This document shows positions 61,552-64,000 of a DNA stretch of 64,000 nt, one piece after another (within the stretch, counting starts at the first letter, position 1; each line of letters begins with the position of its first letter). The translations under genes were made by a program, and so were the position numbers. Under the pieces are notes generated by a model. The model was not told where the DNA came from. It was given only the letters and a program-made list of their open reading frames with translations, and made no database searches. This stretch comes from a bacterium. GTDB lineage: Bacteria; UBA10199; 2-02-FULL-44-16; JAAZCA01. Location of the stretch: contig CAXXGI010000003.1 of NCBI GenBank assembly GCA_963674695.2, forward strand, positions 160,001-224,000, read 5' to 3'.

Positions 61552-62649
61552 ATGAAAAATGTTCATTTTCACATGCTGTTGTTCATCGCGCTGCTCCTCT
61601 CGGCCTGTTCCGAGGGGGGGTCGTTTGTCGGCTGGCAGACCGAGACGTTCGAGGAGACGCTCGTCACCGAGAGCACGACCAAGACCTTTTCGCTCGGCAA
61701 CAACTCCTCCGATACCGAACAACGCATCAGCGCGATCGCTTTCGATCGCGGCTCCAACGCCGCCGGGCATTTTCGCATCGACGGCGTGCAGGTCGGCGAT
61801 CAGAGCGTGGGGCTTACCGATATCGTCATTCCGCCCGGAAGCGGGCTCGATGTGACGGTGACCTATTCGCCGATGAATCTCGATATCACGCGTGCGGATT
61901 GGGGTGGATGGGTGACCGGCGAGGAGAAACGCTGGGAACCGATTCATCCGGATCTGGTCGGCAAGGAGACCGAGGAGGAGATCATTCAACGCGCCGTCAT
62001 CGAGGCCGTCTATGATCATCCGAAGGACGGCATCTTCTACGTCCAGGTCGTGGGCATGGCCGCACCCGGACCCGAGGGCGAGGAAGAGGCCGGCGGCGCG
62101 TTTGCGAGCTGCACGCCCGGAAACGGCGTGGCCTGCTATGAAGGTGGTTTTGCGCTCGACATTCCGGAGCTCGCACCCGGCGGGCCGAAGGATCTGGAGA
62201 TCACCGGGCCCATTCGCTTTGCGATCAATGGCGGAGAGGCCACGCTGCGCATGGACGACTTTCCGTATGCCATCTTCTATCTGCGCAGCGAGGAGATTCC
62301 ACAGTTGCCCTCAGGGGTGACCGCCACGCTCGTCATCAGCGGTGCGCAGGGGGTGGAAGCCACCGGAACCTATGATGGCGCGCGACTGACGCTCGAGGGC
62401 GTGGCCTTTCGCATTCGCGTGAGTCTCGGCGAGCTCTCCTCCGATCAGCTGCGGGCGGGGATGTCGGCGATGGTCGACTTCGTGGTCGAGGATCTGACGA
62501 TCACGACGATCAAGCCGCTCGGACAGGATGGCATTACCCTGCACATGGAGACCAAGCTCTCGCAGAACCCATCCGGAAACGAACTCTTCGATCAGTTCCT
62601 CTCGGGATCGTCCATCATCGCAATCATGGAAGGTGACTTACTGCTCTAG
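61552..62649 (+). CDS. Lipoprotein (365 aa) apparently sharing domains with the 1256-aa lipoprotein
   Basis: Lipobox LSAC; an Ig-like domain followed by a beta domain similar to the N-terminal domain of 3381..7151. Confidence 0.8.
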   Translation: MKNVHFHMLLFIALLLSACSEGGSFVGWQTETFEETLVTESTTKTFSLGNNSSDTEQRISAIAFDRGSNAAGHFRIDGVQVGDQSVGLTDIVIPPGSGLDVTVTYSPMNLDITRADWGGWVTGEEKRWEPIHPDLVGKETEEEIIQRAVIEAVYDHPKDGIFYVQVVGMAAPGPEGEEEAGGAFASCTPGNGVACYEGGFALDIPELAPGGPKDLEITGPIRFAINGGEATLRMDDFPYAIFYLRSEEIPQLPSGVTATLVISGAQGVEATGTYDGARLTLEGVAFRIRVSLGELSSDQLRAGMSAMVDFVVEDLTITTIKPLGQDGITLHMETKLSQNPSGNELFDQFLSGSSIIAIMEGDLLL

Positions 62650-62661
62650 CGTAGAGCGATA

Positions 62662-62741
62662 TTGTCATTCCCGCGGGGGTAAGCGGGAATCTCGCTTTGT
62701 GTTCTTTTCCGTCGAGATCCCCGCCTTCGCGAGGATGACAA
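62662..62741. repeat. REP-like hairpin doublet
   Basis: TTGTCATTCCCGCG...GCGGGAATCTCG...CGAGATCCCCGCCTTCGCGAGGATGACAA. Confidence 0.85.
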
Positions 62742-62777
62742 CCAGGCTGATTGAAGTGCGCAGGGTTGACAGCCGAG

Positions 62778-64000
62778 CTATCGCTGCAGGATCTCCCGCG
62801 TCAGTTTCTTTCCTAATTCCACGCCAGGCTGGTTGAAGGGGTCGATCTCGTAGAGCGCGCCGGCAAATGCGGTGGCGACCTCGTAGAGCATGAAGAATTC
62901 ACCCAGATGATGCGCATCGATTTGCGGAAAGGTGACGGTCATGTTGGGCCGGCCCATCTCGGTGAGCGCCCGCGAGGTGGCCACCTGTTCTGCGCGCAGG
63001 ATGCTGCCCAGGTCGTGTCCATTGAGGTAGGAGAAGGCCTTCGGCGCATCACTGATGCGCGTGGCCTCGGCCGGGGTGCGAAATTTCTCGACTCCGACGA
63101 AGGTGAAAACCTTGTCCGCTGGTCCCTCCATATAGAGCTGCACCTGTGAGTGCTGGTCGGTCGTGCCCACCGCACGCACCGGTGTCTGCCCGCGCCCGGA
63201 TTTTCCGAGGCTCTCGGCCCAGAGTTGCGCATACCAGTCTGCGGTGAGCATCAGGGCGTCGGAGTAGCTGAACATGACGCTCATGTTTTTCCGCTTCGCG
63301 GTGTCGAACTGATAGAAGGCCGCGCCGATATGATAGCCGGGATTGGTTTCGAGCGAGGGCTCCGAACAGCGCGAGGCCATCGCCCGGGCGCCATTGACCA
63401 GCTCTTCGACATCGATACCGACGCAGGCGGCGGGGAAGAGCCCCACCGGCGAGAGCACGGAAAAGCGTCCGCCGAGTTTGGGCGGAATGGAAAAGGCGGT
63501 CAGCCCCAACTCGCGCACCATGGGGCGCAGCTCGCCCGCCTCGGGGTCGGTGATGATGACGACGTTCTCATGCCAGTTTTCACCCAGCAGGGCTTTGAGG
63601 TGATCGAGCACGACGAGCAATTGCGCTGCCGTCTCCGTGGTGCGCCCCGACTTACTGATGATCGTGAAACAGGTCTTTTCGATGTCGATGAGCCCCAGCA
63701 ATCCCGAAAAACTCTCCGGATCGATGTTGTCGCAGACGAAAAGGCGCGGGCGTCCTTCGCGGCTCTCCTTCGTGCGCAGGTTCCAGTGAGACGGCAAGAG
63801 GGCCTGGGATGCGGCGCGAAGTCCCAACGCCGATCCACCGATGCCGAGTACGACGACGTTATCGAAGCGCTCGCTAACCTCTGCCGCCTTTTCTGGAATG
63901 CCGCTCAAGAGGCAGTCTTCGTCGACGATGTCATAGAAGAGGGCATCGCCGCTAGCGCGCCATTTCTCGAGTTGTTCGTGAGCGGCGGTTGTGCGCGAGA
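62778..64000 (-). CDS. pgi: Glucose-6-phosphate isomerase (5' end outside window)
   Basis: GIGGSALG, ISKSG.T.ET, GGRFSVLS, QLWAESLGK, DQHS and PFNQPGVE.GK; the frame stays open to the window edge. Confidence 0.95.
   Translation of the reverse strand, partial: SRTTAAHEQLEKWRASGDALFYDIVDEDCLLSGIPEKAAEVSERFDNVVVLGIGGSALGLRAASQALLPSHWNLRTKESREGRPRLFVCDNIDPESFSGLLGLIDIEKTCFTIISKSGRTTETAAQLLVVLDHLKALLGENWHENVVIITDPEAGELRPMVRELGLTAFSIPPKLGGRFSVLSPVGLFPAACVGIDVEELVNGARAMASRCSEPSLETNPGYHIGAAFYQFDTAKRKNMSVMFSYSDALMLTADWYAQLWAESLGKSGRGQTPVRAVGTTDQHSQVQLYMEGPADKVFTFVGVEKFRTPAEATRISDAPKAFSYLNGHDLGSILRAEQVATSRALTEMGRPNMTVTFPQIDAHHLGEFFMLYEVATAFAGALYEIDPFNQPGVELGKKLTREILQR

Overview
GC-rich bacterial chromosome segment. 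A deltaproteobacteria-like lineage (Myxococcota/Bdellovibrionota-like) is inferred from four sigma54 activators and a Myxococcus-type Cys-rich repeat. Housekeeping genes (NAD kinase, nadD, folC, polA, deoC, purine nucleoside phosphorylase, purB-S-Q-L-F, pgi) alternate with two blocks of orphan surface or putatively exported proteins (about 1.5-22.2 kb and 41.1-53.0 kb) and a signalling cluster (histidine kinase, three tandem NtrC-family regulators, STAS/anti-sigma/GAF-PP2C). Main observations read from the sequence: (1) a bipartite promoter-like motif CGCAAC-N14-16-G(C/T)CGATA(A/C), with a sigma28-like -10 and a non-canonical -35, found eight times and each time pointing at an orphan surface/effector-like gene; (2) two unrelated proteins without signal peptides that share a C-terminal tag, GxGAFxYAPMAML, and flank a membrane-bound sigma54 activator, one being a metallo-beta-lactamase plus 2x cNMP-binding protein with a sigma54 promoter; (3) two families of ~230-280 nt intergenic structured elements, two copies each, with compensatory base changes; (4) a HemC-like protein lacking the cofactor Cys and catalytic Asp; (5) a HEPN-MNT-Pif1/WYL cassette; (6) MITEs carrying REP-like hairpin doublets and many inverted 7-9-mer arrays. 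No tRNA, rRNA, CRISPR array, transposase, integrase or reverse transcriptase was recognised. All function calls for orphan genes come from motif reading only; no searches were run.
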